From positions 186,001 through 250,000 of the forward strand of contig JAPDFW010000055.1 of the NCBI GenBank assembly GCA_028826165.1: a stretch of DNA of 64,000 nt. The letters are read 5' to 3'. The first letter of the stretch is position 1. The number at the start of each line of letters is the position of its first letter. The notes below the pieces were generated by a model that was not told where the DNA came from, made no database searches, and worked only from the letters and a program-made list of their open reading frames with translations. Source of the DNA: Anaeramoeba ignava BMAN (taxonomy: Eukaryota > Protista > Anaeramoebae). Below are positions 1 through 10,000 of the stretch, piece by piece. Made by a program: the position numbers and the translations under genes.

Positions 1-1825
1 CCGAAATATAATTCCAAAGTTCTGGATTAAGATGAGATAATCTCTCTTTATTAACAAGAATAACAGGTTGATTGATAAATTCCTTTTTTGGAAAATAAAT
101 TTGATGATTGGTGATATAAACATAAAATTGATTTTCTGGAAGTTTGTCTTTTTCTGTTGAAAGTTTCATATTAGTTAAATTAGAATAATATTCAATAATT
201 GTTTGGTTTTCATATTCTTTAATTGTTTTTGTAAATAATGGATCTATTTTAGGAGAATGATTTGGATAATATTCTGGAGAAATTTGGATATAAAACAACT
301 GTTTGTTTAATGAATAAATGATAAAATCAACAACAGGATGATCTCCAAAACATCGAATCAAAGTTCCTGGATTTAATTGTTTGATTTTCTCATTTTTGTT
401 TTGTAAAATTTGAGAAGAAACTCCAATATGAAATGAGTTGTGAGATCTAAGATTTCCTGCTAAATCAACATTTGGCAAATCAATAAAAGTTAAAAAACCA
501 GAATAAAAGATACTACCAACATATAATCCAAGTGAATAGAATCTTATTTCATAAAATAAAGTGAGAAGTTCAATAATTTGTGGAAATTCTCGATATATAT
601 ATTCTGAAATTGCTTCAAATACCCATTCACAAATTGGTGAAAATCCAATTTTAGAATATCCTTGAAATAATCCAGCAACTTTCCAAATTTTTGGTAAATC
701 ACCAACAGATTTGTTTAAAAATACTCTTTTGATGAAAGCCAATGCATTACGATCTTTATATAATTTTTGTGATTTTCTTTGTTCTATTTTTTGGAACACT
801 TTCCAAACAATTTCTTGATAATGATTCTTTGTTTTTTGTTTTGCATCTTCAAGCCAATTAATTTGTTCATTTCTGTTTTGAAAAGCAATACTGATAAAAA
901 AAAGAACTCTTGGAACTCTTCCAGTAATTTTTTCAAGATCTTGTTTAGGAAAATCATTGGGTAATTTCTTTAATGATTTGTAATTTTCTAAAATAGATTC
1001 AAATTCTTCTTCATTATAAACGTAAACTTCTCTATAAATAATGGGAAAATCCAATACATCAAATTTCCCGAAAGTTTGGAATTTAGAACTTATAGCCATA
1101 AGTAAAAATACATTTGAATTTGTGTAAAAATTTTTGAACTTATTTAAAAAATGTTTTTTTGGAGGTTTTTCATTCCATAAAGCATTCCATTCATCAACAA
1201 TAATTAATTTATGATATTCTTTAAATGAACCAGTCTTTAAAGCATAAATCACTTGTTTACATTTCTCAATAAGAAATTTCTTTTGATCTTCTGTGAGTAA
1301 ATTTGTTGATAAACTAATATTAAGATCATTTCTTTCCTTTTCAGAAAGTGAATCAAAAAACCATGTTCCATATCTATTCCATATATCTTTCAGAATTTGT
1401 TTTGCAGCTTCAAATTCTTCCATTTTTAAAAGTTCTTCAGTATTTGGAATATATAATACTATCCAATTTTTTAAATATGAGAAAAAAATTGCAGAATGAA
1501 AAAGAATGAATGATTTTCCAGCTCCTGATGATCCAATTAATATTGATTCTCCTCGTCCATTATTCTTGATTTTTTTGATTAATATTTGAGTTTGTTGTCT
1601 TATCAAAATTGGAAATAAATTTTCTTCTTTTTCACAATCAGAAAAAACATGAGGAAACATTGTAAATCTGTTTTGATCAATTAATACAACTTTATTTCTA
1701 TTTTTCTTTTTAATATGTTCCAAAATATTAATTTGTGTAATTTTTTCATTTTTAAATTGATTTTGTTGATTTTTAAATTGATTTAGTTGATTTTGTTGAT
1801 TATTTTTTTCAAATTTATTTTCCAT
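1..1825 (-). CDS. Crinkler/RHS-like (CR) protein: P-loop NTPase + C-terminal PD-(D/E)xK restriction-endonuclease-fold domain; 3' end outside window
   Basis: Not in the ORF track. Hand translation from ATG 1825 gives 608 uninterrupted codons to the window edge. Motifs: Walker A LIGSSGAGKS (~1511-1540), strand WIVLYIP, Walker B LIIVDEWN (~1184-1207), TGRVPR (~902-920), then HPVVDFIIYSLNKQLFYIQISPEYYPNH (~257-340), matching the P-x-x-D...F-x-Q-x-S/T...H pattern of CR-REases. Confidence 0.75.
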   Translation of the reverse strand, partial: MENKFEKNNQQNQLNQFKNQQNQFKNEKITQINILEHIKKKNRNKVVLIDQNRFTMFPHVFSDCEKEENLFPILIRQQTQILIKKIKNNGRGESILIGSSGAGKSFILFHSAIFFSYLKNWIVLYIPNTEELLKMEEFEAAKQILKDIWNRYGTWFFDSLSEKERNDLNISLSTNLLTEDQKKFLIEKCKQVIYALKTGSFKEYHKLIIVDEWNALWNEKPPKKHFLNKFKNFYTNSNVFLLMAISSKFQTFGKFDVLDFPIIYREVYVYNEEEFESILENYKSLKKLPNDFPKQDLEKITGRVPRVLFFISIAFQNRNEQINWLEDAKQKTKNHYQEIVWKVFQKIEQRKSQKLYKDRNALAFIKRVFLNKSVGDLPKIWKVAGLFQGYSKIGFSPICEWVFEAISEYIYREFPQIIELLTLFYEIRFYSLGLYVGSIFYSGFLTFIDLPNVDLAGNLRSHNSFHIGVSSQILQNKNEKIKQLNPGTLIRCFGDHPVVDFIIYSLNKQLFYIQISPEYYPNHSPKIDPLFTKTIKEYENQTIIEYYSNLTNMKLSTEKDKLPENQFYVYITNHQIYFPKKEFINQPVILVNKERLSHLNPELWNYIS

Positions 1826-1852
1826 AAATTTAGTTTTAAATCAAAAAAAAAT

Positions 1853-1875
1853 TTGAAAAATGAAAAATGAAAAAT
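1853..1875 (-). promoter_or_regulatory. Initiator-like TTTTTCATTTTT motif (tandem) upstream of the CR gene
   Basis: Plus strand ttgaaaaatgaaaaatgaaaaa is sense TTTTTCATTTTTCATTTTTCAA, ~30-50 nt upstream of ATG 1825. Confidence 0.55.
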
Positions 1876-1904
1876 TTGATCAAATTTTCTTAAATAATAT
1901 TTGA

Positions 1905-4160
1905 TTATTTTTAATAATATCAATTTATTAATACTAATAAATACTTTTTTAAAATCATTTCTTAATTAATTTTATTAATTTATTTTTATAAATTATTATT
2001 AAAAATTAAATTAAAATTTTGATTTGATTTTCTCTAAAGTTTATTTCTTTATTTTTAATAATTTTAATTTAATATTAATAATAAATACTTTTTTAAAATC
2101 ATTTCTTAATTAATTTTATTAATTTATTTTTATTAATTATTATTAAAAATTAAATTAAAATTTTGATTTGATTTTTCTCTAAAGTTTATTTCTTTATTTT
2201 TAATAATTTTAAATTATTAATAATAATAAATACTTTTTAAAATCATTTTTAATTAATTTTATTAATTTATTTTTATTAATTATTATTAAAAATTAAATTA
2301 AAATTTTGATTTGATTTTTGTTTCAAATTTATTTCTTTATTTTTAATAATATTAATTTATTATTAATAATAAATACTTTTTTAAAATCATTTCTTAATTA
2401 ATTTTATTAATTTATTTTTATTGATTATTATTAAAAATTAAATTAAAATTTTGATTTGATTTTCTCTAAAGTTTATTTCTTTATTTTTAATAATATTAAT
2501 TTAATATTAATAATAAATACTTTTTAAAATTATTTCTTAATTAATTTTATTAATTTATTTTTATTATTTATTATTAAAAATTAAATTAAAAATTTTGATT
2601 TGATTTTCTCTAAAGTTTATTTCTTTATTTTTAATAATTTTAATTTAATATTAATAATAAAAAGTTTTAAAATCATTTCTTAATTAATTTTATTAATTTA
2701 TTTTTTATTAATTATTATTAAAAATTAAATTAAAATTTTTTTGATTTAATTTTCTCTAAAGTTTATTTGTTTATTTTTAATAATATTGAATTATTATTAA
2801 TAATAAATACTTTTTAAAATCATTTCTTAATTAATTTTATTAATTTAATTTTTATTATTTATTATTAAAAATTAAATTAAAATTTTGATTTGATTTTCTC
2901 TAAAGTTTATTTCTTTATTTTTAATAATTTTGAATTATTATTAATAATAAATACTTTTTAAAATCATTTCTTAATTAATTTTATTAATTTATTTTTATTA
3001 ATTATTAATAAAAATTAAATTAAAATTTTGATTTGATTTTTCTCTAAAGTTTATTTCTTTATTTTTAATAATATTAATTTAATATTAATAATAAATACTT
3101 TTTAAAATTATTTCTTAATTAATTTTATTAATTTATTTTTATTAATTATTATTAAAAATTAAATTAAAATTTTGATCAAATTTTTTGTTAAATTTATTTC
3201 TTTATTTTTAATAATATTAACTTATTATTAATAATAAAAAGTTTTAAAATCATTTCTTAATTAATTTTATTAATTTAATTTTATTAATTATTATTAAAAA
3301 TTAAATTAAAATTTTGATTTGATTTTCTCTAAAGTTTATTTCTTTATTTTTAATAATATTAATTTATTATTAATAATAAAAGTTTTTAAAATCATTTCTT
3401 AATTAATTTTATTAATTTATTTTTATTAATTATTATTAAAAATTAAATTAAAATTTTGATTTGATTTTCTCTAAAGTTTATTTCTTTATTTTTAATAATA
3501 TTAATTTATTATTAATAATAAATACTTTTTAAAATCATTTCTTAATTAATTTTATTAATTTATTTTTATTAATTATTATTAAAATTAAATTAAAATTTTG
3601 ATTTGATTTTTCTCTAAAAGTTTATTTCTTTTATTTTTTAATAATTTTTAATTTATTATTAATAATAAAAAGTTTTAAAATCATTTCTTAATTAATTTCA
3701 TTAATTTATTTTTATTATTTATTATTAAAAATTAAATTAAAATTTTGATTTGATTTTCTCTAAAGTTTATTTCTTTATTTTTAATAATATTAATTTATTA
3801 TTAATAATAAAAGTTTTTAAAATCATTTCTTAATTAATTTTATTAATTTATTTTTATTAATTATTATTAAAAATTAAAATAAAATTTTGATTTGATTTTC
3901 TCTAAAGTTTATTTCTTTATTTTTAATAATTTTGAATTAATATTAATAATAAAAAGTTTTAAAATCATTTCTTAATTAATTTCATTAATTTATTTTTATT
4001 ATTTATTATTAAAAATTAAATTAAAATTTTGATTTAATTTTCTCTAAAGTTTATTTCTTTATTTTTAATAATATTAATTTATTATTAATAATAAAAAAGT
4101 TTTAAAATTATTTCTTAATTAATTTCATTAATTTATTTTTATTATTTATTATTAAAAATT
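1905..4160. repeat. ~144-bp AT-rich satellite, ~16 copies, between divergent genes
   Basis: Landmark aaaat(c/t)atttcttaattaat recurs at ~1951, 2095, 2239, 2383, 2526, 2669, 2816, 2959, 3103, 3246, 3388, 3531, 3676, 3819, 3961, 4103. Most units also carry ttttgatttgattttctctaaagtttatttc. Confidence 0.95.
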
Positions 4161-4215
4161 TTTTTTATTTTAATTTTTTTTTTTCATTTTTTTACTTTGA
4201 AAATCAAAATAGAAA

Positions 4216-7002
4216 ATGGAAATTTTTCAAGCAATTATTAAAAAAGATTTTGAAACTCTTGAAAAAATGAAACAAAATGAAAAATTTCAAAAAGAAAAAA
4301 TAACAAATCAAGAACAAAAAACACCACTTCATTTTGCAATAGAAAAAGAAAATTCGATTGAAATGATCAAAATATTAATTGATTTAAATGCTGAACAAAT
4401 TTTGATGAAAGATCTTGAAGAAAGAACACCATTACATTATATTTGTTCAATAAAACCCAATAAAGAAATAATTGAATTATTAATAGAAAAAGGAGCGAAA
4501 ATTTCAGATCAAGATCAAATGAAAAAACAACCATTGCATGATCTCTGTTTATCAAAACCCAGAATGGATTGCATTAAGATATTAATTGAAAAAGGAGCTT
4601 GTATTAATGCGAAGGATAAATATGGAATAACGCCTTTGCATTATGCTTTGATTTCAAAGAGCAATTGGGAGGTTATTCAATATATGCTTGAGAAAGGCGC
4701 AGATGTTTCAGCACAAACAAATTTCCAAGAGACGCCTTTGCATTTTGCGTGTGAAAATGGAATTGAAGAAAGCGTAGAATTGCTTCTTCAAAAAGGCGCA
4801 AATCCAAATGAAAAATCAATGAAAGGAAATTCGGCACTTTTTTTTGCGTGCCATTGTTTAAATAATCGTACAAAAATATTTGAGCTACTTTTTAAATATG
4901 GAGCGGATATAAACTTGATAAATAATTCAGAGAGGACAGCGAGCGAAGAGCTACTGTCCTGGAAACCTGATATGGATTCAGTATTAATTATGGCAAAACA
5001 TAAAAAACCAAGTGAGATTATTAATGTGGATGAAAAAAATCTTCTTCATATTGCCTGTGAAAATCAAGTTGGGGCTGAAATTATCAAATTTTTTGCTTCC
5101 CAAGTTGATGTGAATCACATTGATTTGGATAAAAAAACACCTCTTCATTACGCATGTGCGAATAATTTGTCTGAAGAAATAATATATTCACTTATTAATT
5201 CAAAAGCGAAAATCAATTCTTTTGATTCAGATGGAAAAACCGCATTTAATTATCTTTGGGAAATTAGTTCCAATTTGGATTTATTGAAATTCTTTATCAG
5301 AAAAGGTTCGGATTTGAGTAAATCTGAATCGTTGAAAAAATCACCCGAATCTTATTGGATTTTTGCTTGTCAATATGCTTCTGATTTGGAATTATTTCAA
5401 CTTTTGCCTTCATTAACTGAATCGTTAATGAATCAAGTTTTGGATCAAGATCTCAATCTTCTTGGAATTGCATTGAAAACAGGAAAACCATTGGAAATCA
5501 TCAAGTATCTTGTTGGAAAAGGAGCAAAAATCACAACTGAAATTCCAAGAACAAATTACACTTCAATTCATTTAGCTTGCAAGTTTAATTCTAGTTTTGA
5601 AGTGCTTGAATTTCTTCTTCAACATGGGTCTCAAGTTCTATCCAAACAAAATTCATTCCCACCACTTTTTCTTGCATGTTCTTCCAATATTGGAAAAGAA
5701 AAAATCAAGTTATTAATTGATTATGGAGCGGATATTTCTTTTATTCGCGTCAGTGATGAAACAGCACTTCAACATGCTTGTGAACAGGGAGCTGATTTGG
5801 AAACAATCAAACTTTTGTATTCTCCAAAAACCATCAATTTCCCTCAACATCACGGAGAAGGATTATTTCCGTTGATGTTGGCTTGCATCAATGGATGTTC
5901 ATCAGAAGTGATTCAATATTTGATTTCTCAAGGAGCTGATCTCAACTCTGAATCGTATTATCACAGAACCATTTTCTATTATGTGCCCAGATTTCGCAAT
6001 CCAAAAGAATGCGTTGAAATACTTTTTCGCAATGGAGCAAAACTAACTGCGGATCCTTCATGGGGATCGCCTCTTCATGCTTGTTGTTCATCAAAATGCG
6101 ATCTTGAAACTCTCCAATTGATTATTGATAAAACACAGGATATCAACCAAAAAACTACTGGAAACAAAACTGCTTTGGATTTGGCAATTATTAAAGGAAT
6201 GATTGATAATATCAAGTTGTTGTTGATGAATAATGCAATTATTAGTGAAAATGCTTTATCGTTATTTGAAGGAATGCGGAAAACAAAAGAGAAAATCAAT
6301 ACTATTCTTTCCACATTTTATTCTGTTAAGGAAGACTTTTCTAACCTGTATAAAAACAAGGAGTTTTCTGATTTTGTGATTGAATCTTCTGACGGATTGA
6401 AGATTCCGACTCATTCACTCATTTTATCAGCAAGATTATCAGAAATTAATTCAAATCATTTATATCAAAAATTGAATGATTTTCATGAAATTATTTCTCA
6501 TTTCAATGGAGAAGCAATTAATATTTTTGTGGAGTTTTTATATACTGGGGATGGCAGAAATAGTGAAGAAGTTCTATCAATTGCAGAGAAAATTGGATAT
6601 AATTTTGATTGGGTTGTTCGAAAATCAGGAATTAAAGGATTATTAGAAGATATGAAATTATTATTAAAACAAGAAGATTCAATGGATTTTATAATTCAAT
6701 GCAAAAATCAGGAAATCAAGTGCCATAAGTTGATTTTGGCAACAAGATCTGATTTATTTCGAGGAATGTTTTTACTTGTTCAAGATGATTCAAATAGAGT
6801 TAATGAATATCAAGGTTTTTCTCCTGATTCTATTAAAGAATTAATCAACTTCATTTATCTTGATAATTTTTCTTTTCCTATTGATTTATCTTTAATTGAT
6901 GATTTGAAGAAATTTCCCACTTATTATCAACTTAATACAAAAACATCTTTTGATTGGAAATTGGAAGAAATACAAGAAAAACAATTTGATTTTGATTTTT
7001 AA
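4216..7002 (+). CDS. Ankyrin-repeat protein with two C-terminal BTB/POZ domains (928 aa, intronless)
   Basis: Many TPLH-type ankyrin repeats (KTPLHFA, RTPLHYI, ITPLHYA, ETPLHFA, KTPLHYA), then BTB1 (FSDFVIE...IPTHSLILSAR...FVEFLYTG) and BTB2 (MDFIIQC...IKCHKLILATRSDLFRGMF...LINFIYLD). Confidence 0.93.
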   Translation: MEIFQAIIKKDFETLEKMKQNEKFQKEKITNQEQKTPLHFAIEKENSIEMIKILIDLNAEQILMKDLEERTPLHYICSIKPNKEIIELLIEKGAKISDQDQMKKQPLHDLCLSKPRMDCIKILIEKGACINAKDKYGITPLHYALISKSNWEVIQYMLEKGADVSAQTNFQETPLHFACENGIEESVELLLQKGANPNEKSMKGNSALFFACHCLNNRTKIFELLFKYGADINLINNSERTASEELLSWKPDMDSVLIMAKHKKPSEIINVDEKNLLHIACENQVGAEIIKFFASQVDVNHIDLDKKTPLHYACANNLSEEIIYSLINSKAKINSFDSDGKTAFNYLWEISSNLDLLKFFIRKGSDLSKSESLKKSPESYWIFACQYASDLELFQLLPSLTESLMNQVLDQDLNLLGIALKTGKPLEIIKYLVGKGAKITTEIPRTNYTSIHLACKFNSSFEVLEFLLQHGSQVLSKQNSFPPLFLACSSNIGKEKIKLLIDYGADISFIRVSDETALQHACEQGADLETIKLLYSPKTINFPQHHGEGLFPLMLACINGCSSEVIQYLISQGADLNSESYYHRTIFYYVPRFRNPKECVEILFRNGAKLTADPSWGSPLHACCSSKCDLETLQLIIDKTQDINQKTTGNKTALDLAIIKGMIDNIKLLLMNNAIISENALSLFEGMRKTKEKINTILSTFYSVKEDFSNLYKNKEFSDFVIESSDGLKIPTHSLILSARLSEINSNHLYQKLNDFHEIISHFNGEAINIFVEFLYTGDGRNSEEVLSIAEKIGYNFDWVVRKSGIKGLLEDMKLLLKQEDSMDFIIQCKNQEIKCHKLILATRSDLFRGMFLLVQDDSNRVNEYQGFSPDSIKELINFIYLDNFSFPIDLSLIDDLKKFPTYYQLNTKTSFDWKLEEIQEKQFDFDF

Positions 7003-7099
7003 AATTTTAATTTTAAAATTTTATTTGAAAGAAAGAAGTTAATTTTTCTTTAAAAGTAAAAGTTAAAGTTAAATTTTCCACTGTTTTCTTTTTATTCTT

Positions 7100-10000
7100 C
7101 TAATTTTCCTTTTTCTCAATTTTCTTATTAGTAATTGAATAACTATAATTCTTTTTTTTAAATGGTGTTGTTTTTGATTCTTTTTCTTGATCAAATTTGG
7201 AACGAAGAGTATAAGATAAAGTTTTAAGATAAATAACTTCATCTAAACTTTGATTTGAAGAAGAATTTAATCTTGTTTTTTTTAAATGGAAATCGGGAAA
7301 TTTCTAAATAATTTAAAAATTAAATTGAAAAATTAATTGAAAAATTAAATTAAAAATGAAATTATACAGAAGGAAAATTTGGAACTTGAATTAATGAAGA
7401 GATTTCAGATGCGTTTTTAATTTGTAAATGAAAATTTTTCATTTTATCAAAAAGAGATTGAAAATTATCAAAAATTGGATCTTTTGGTTTATAAGATGAA
7501 AGTCCAACAAAAACAAGTTTTGATAAACAAAAGCAAATTGTTTGATAAATTAATTGGATTTCGTTTGTGATTATTAAGAAAGAGTTTGATTGACAAGAAT
7601 TTAAAAGTTTAATGTTTTGGAAATCTGGAGAGACGATTAAATTTCCAAATTCAATAAATGATGTTATTAAATCCATAAGATTTTCTACTGTTTCGATTCT
7701 TTTTTATTTTAATTTTCAATTTTAAAATGAATTTTAATTTCAATTTTTAATTTTAAATTTAATTTTAATTTTAAATTTTAATTTTCAAATAAATTTTAAT
7801 TTTAAATTTTAATTTTCAAATAAATTTTAATTTTAAATTTAATTTTCAATTTTAATTTTAATTTTAATTTTAATTTTAATTTTAAATTTAATTTTAATTT
7901 AGATTTTAATTTTAATTTAAATTTTAATTTTAATTTTAATTTTATAAATGAATTTTAATTTTAATTTTAATTTTAATTTTAATACGATATTGGTGGTTGT
8001 AAAAGACAACTCTTTCTAAAAATAAATGAATTTTTAATTCCATTATCATAAAGTTGAGATAAAAAATAATCAAGAGAATAAGATCCTTCAAAATATGGGA
8101 ATTTTTCATGAAATTCAATTTTTTTAATAATAAGATTAAGATAATGATAATTTAAAGTAGGGAAAACACCTGTTTGTAATTTTTTCCAACCATCTCTTAA
8201 TTGAATAAACATAGGATAATAAGAACACAAATTTCTAAGAATCTATTTTAATATTTTAATATTTTAATATTTTAACAGTTTAATTTTAATATTTTAATAT
8301 TTTAATATTTTAATATTTTAATATTTTAATATTTTAATATTTTAATATTTTAATATTTTAATATTTTAATATTTTAATATTTTAATATTTTAATATTTTA
8401 ATATTTTAATATTTTAATATTTTAATATTTTAATATTTTTATATTTTTATATTTTAACAGTTTAATTTAAATATTTTTAATTTTTTAATATTTTAATATT
8501 TTAATATTTTTATATTGAATATTTTAATATTTTAACAGTTTAATTTAAATATTTTAATATTTTAATTTTTTAATATTTTTAATATTTTAATATTTTAACA
8601 GTTTAATTTAAATATTTTTAATTTTTTAATTTTAAATTAACCTCAAAAGATCCATCTTGTAAAATTTGAAAAATTAACATTGAACTTTTTAATCCTACTA
8701 CTGGATTAACTCCAATATCAAACTTGGATAATAACATCATTAAATTTTTCAATTCATTTTTATGAGTCCATAATAAAGATATAATTTTTGTTTGATATTT
8801 TATATCCCAAACTTTTGGATCGTCTTTTAAAAGAGTTGCAACCCATTTTTGTAGTTTATTTTGAAATTGAGGTAATTGATCTTTTTTAAATCTTTTAGAT
8901 ACAAATTCTTTTGGATCTATAACAAGTTTTGGAATTTGAATTTTCAAACTTTTTTGTTTCATTTTGTTTTCAAAATCATTTTTGACTTGATTAAATATCG
9001 CAAATTTTTGTTCTTTAGAAAGTTCAATTTTTGTTTTATCTAAAGCATTTTGATTTTGATCTTGATCTTGATTTTGATTTTGATTTTGATTTTGATTTTG
9101 ATTTTGAATTTGATCTTGATCTTGATCTTGATTTTGATTTTGTTGAGATATCATTTGTTTTTCATATTCATTTTCATCAAAAACAAGTTCTGATTCTTGT
9201 CTTGTTAAATTTGAATCATTTGGAGAATCAATAAAAGAAATTCTTTGATGTTGATTTAAATTTTGATAATTATTTGGTGTAATTGAAAAATCTAAATCAA
9301 GTAAACTTTGATTTTGATTTTGATTTTGAATTTGATTTTGGTTTTGATTTTGACTTCGATTTTGATTTCGATTTTGATTTTTTGGAAGATTTAAAACAGG
9401 TTTTTTTCCACTTTTGGAATTCATTTTTGTATTTGGTTTTTTTTGTAATTTTTTCGATCCTTTTTTGTCAAGTTTTGGTTCATCAACTTCTTCATTTGTC
9501 TCATCATACCATTGAAAATTTGAGAAGAATTGTTGTGATTGATCGCCTTGATGACTTGGTTGTTTTGAAATATTTGGTTGATTTTTAGCTTGAGAATTTT
9601 GCTTCTTATTTTGTTGTTTTTTTCTTATTGAATTTTTTGGTTTTTGAGGGGGTTTTTTTCCCATTAAATTACAAACAGAATCCAGAATATCAAAAATATC
9701 AGGTCTTTCTTCTGGATCCTGAGTAAACATAAGATGAAGTAATTGTATAATTTCCTTGCTATACATATTTGCTTGAGATTTTGGGATTTCATAAGTTCCG
9801 TTTAAAATTTGAAGTTCACTTCCTTGATCAAATGCTTCTTTAAAAAAGAGTAATTGATATAAAACGCATCCTAATGCCCAAATATCTACTTTTTCTGTTA
9901 TTGGATTTTCTCGATATAAATCTATCATTTCTGGTGCTCGATATGTTAATGTTGTGTTCGCTTGAATGTCTTCTTCAGCTTCATATCTTTCTTGTTGTGA

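Noticed and set aside
779-1499. Short plus-strand ORFs 779-964 and 1293-1499, and other short ORFs overlapping real genes
   Set aside because: They are antisense or off-frame shadows of longer genes with recognisable motifs.
1905-4160. CRISPR-like array
   Set aside because: Units are contiguous with no unique spacers, there are no cas genes, and the context is eukaryotic. The same applies to the 53-bp and 24-bp arrays.
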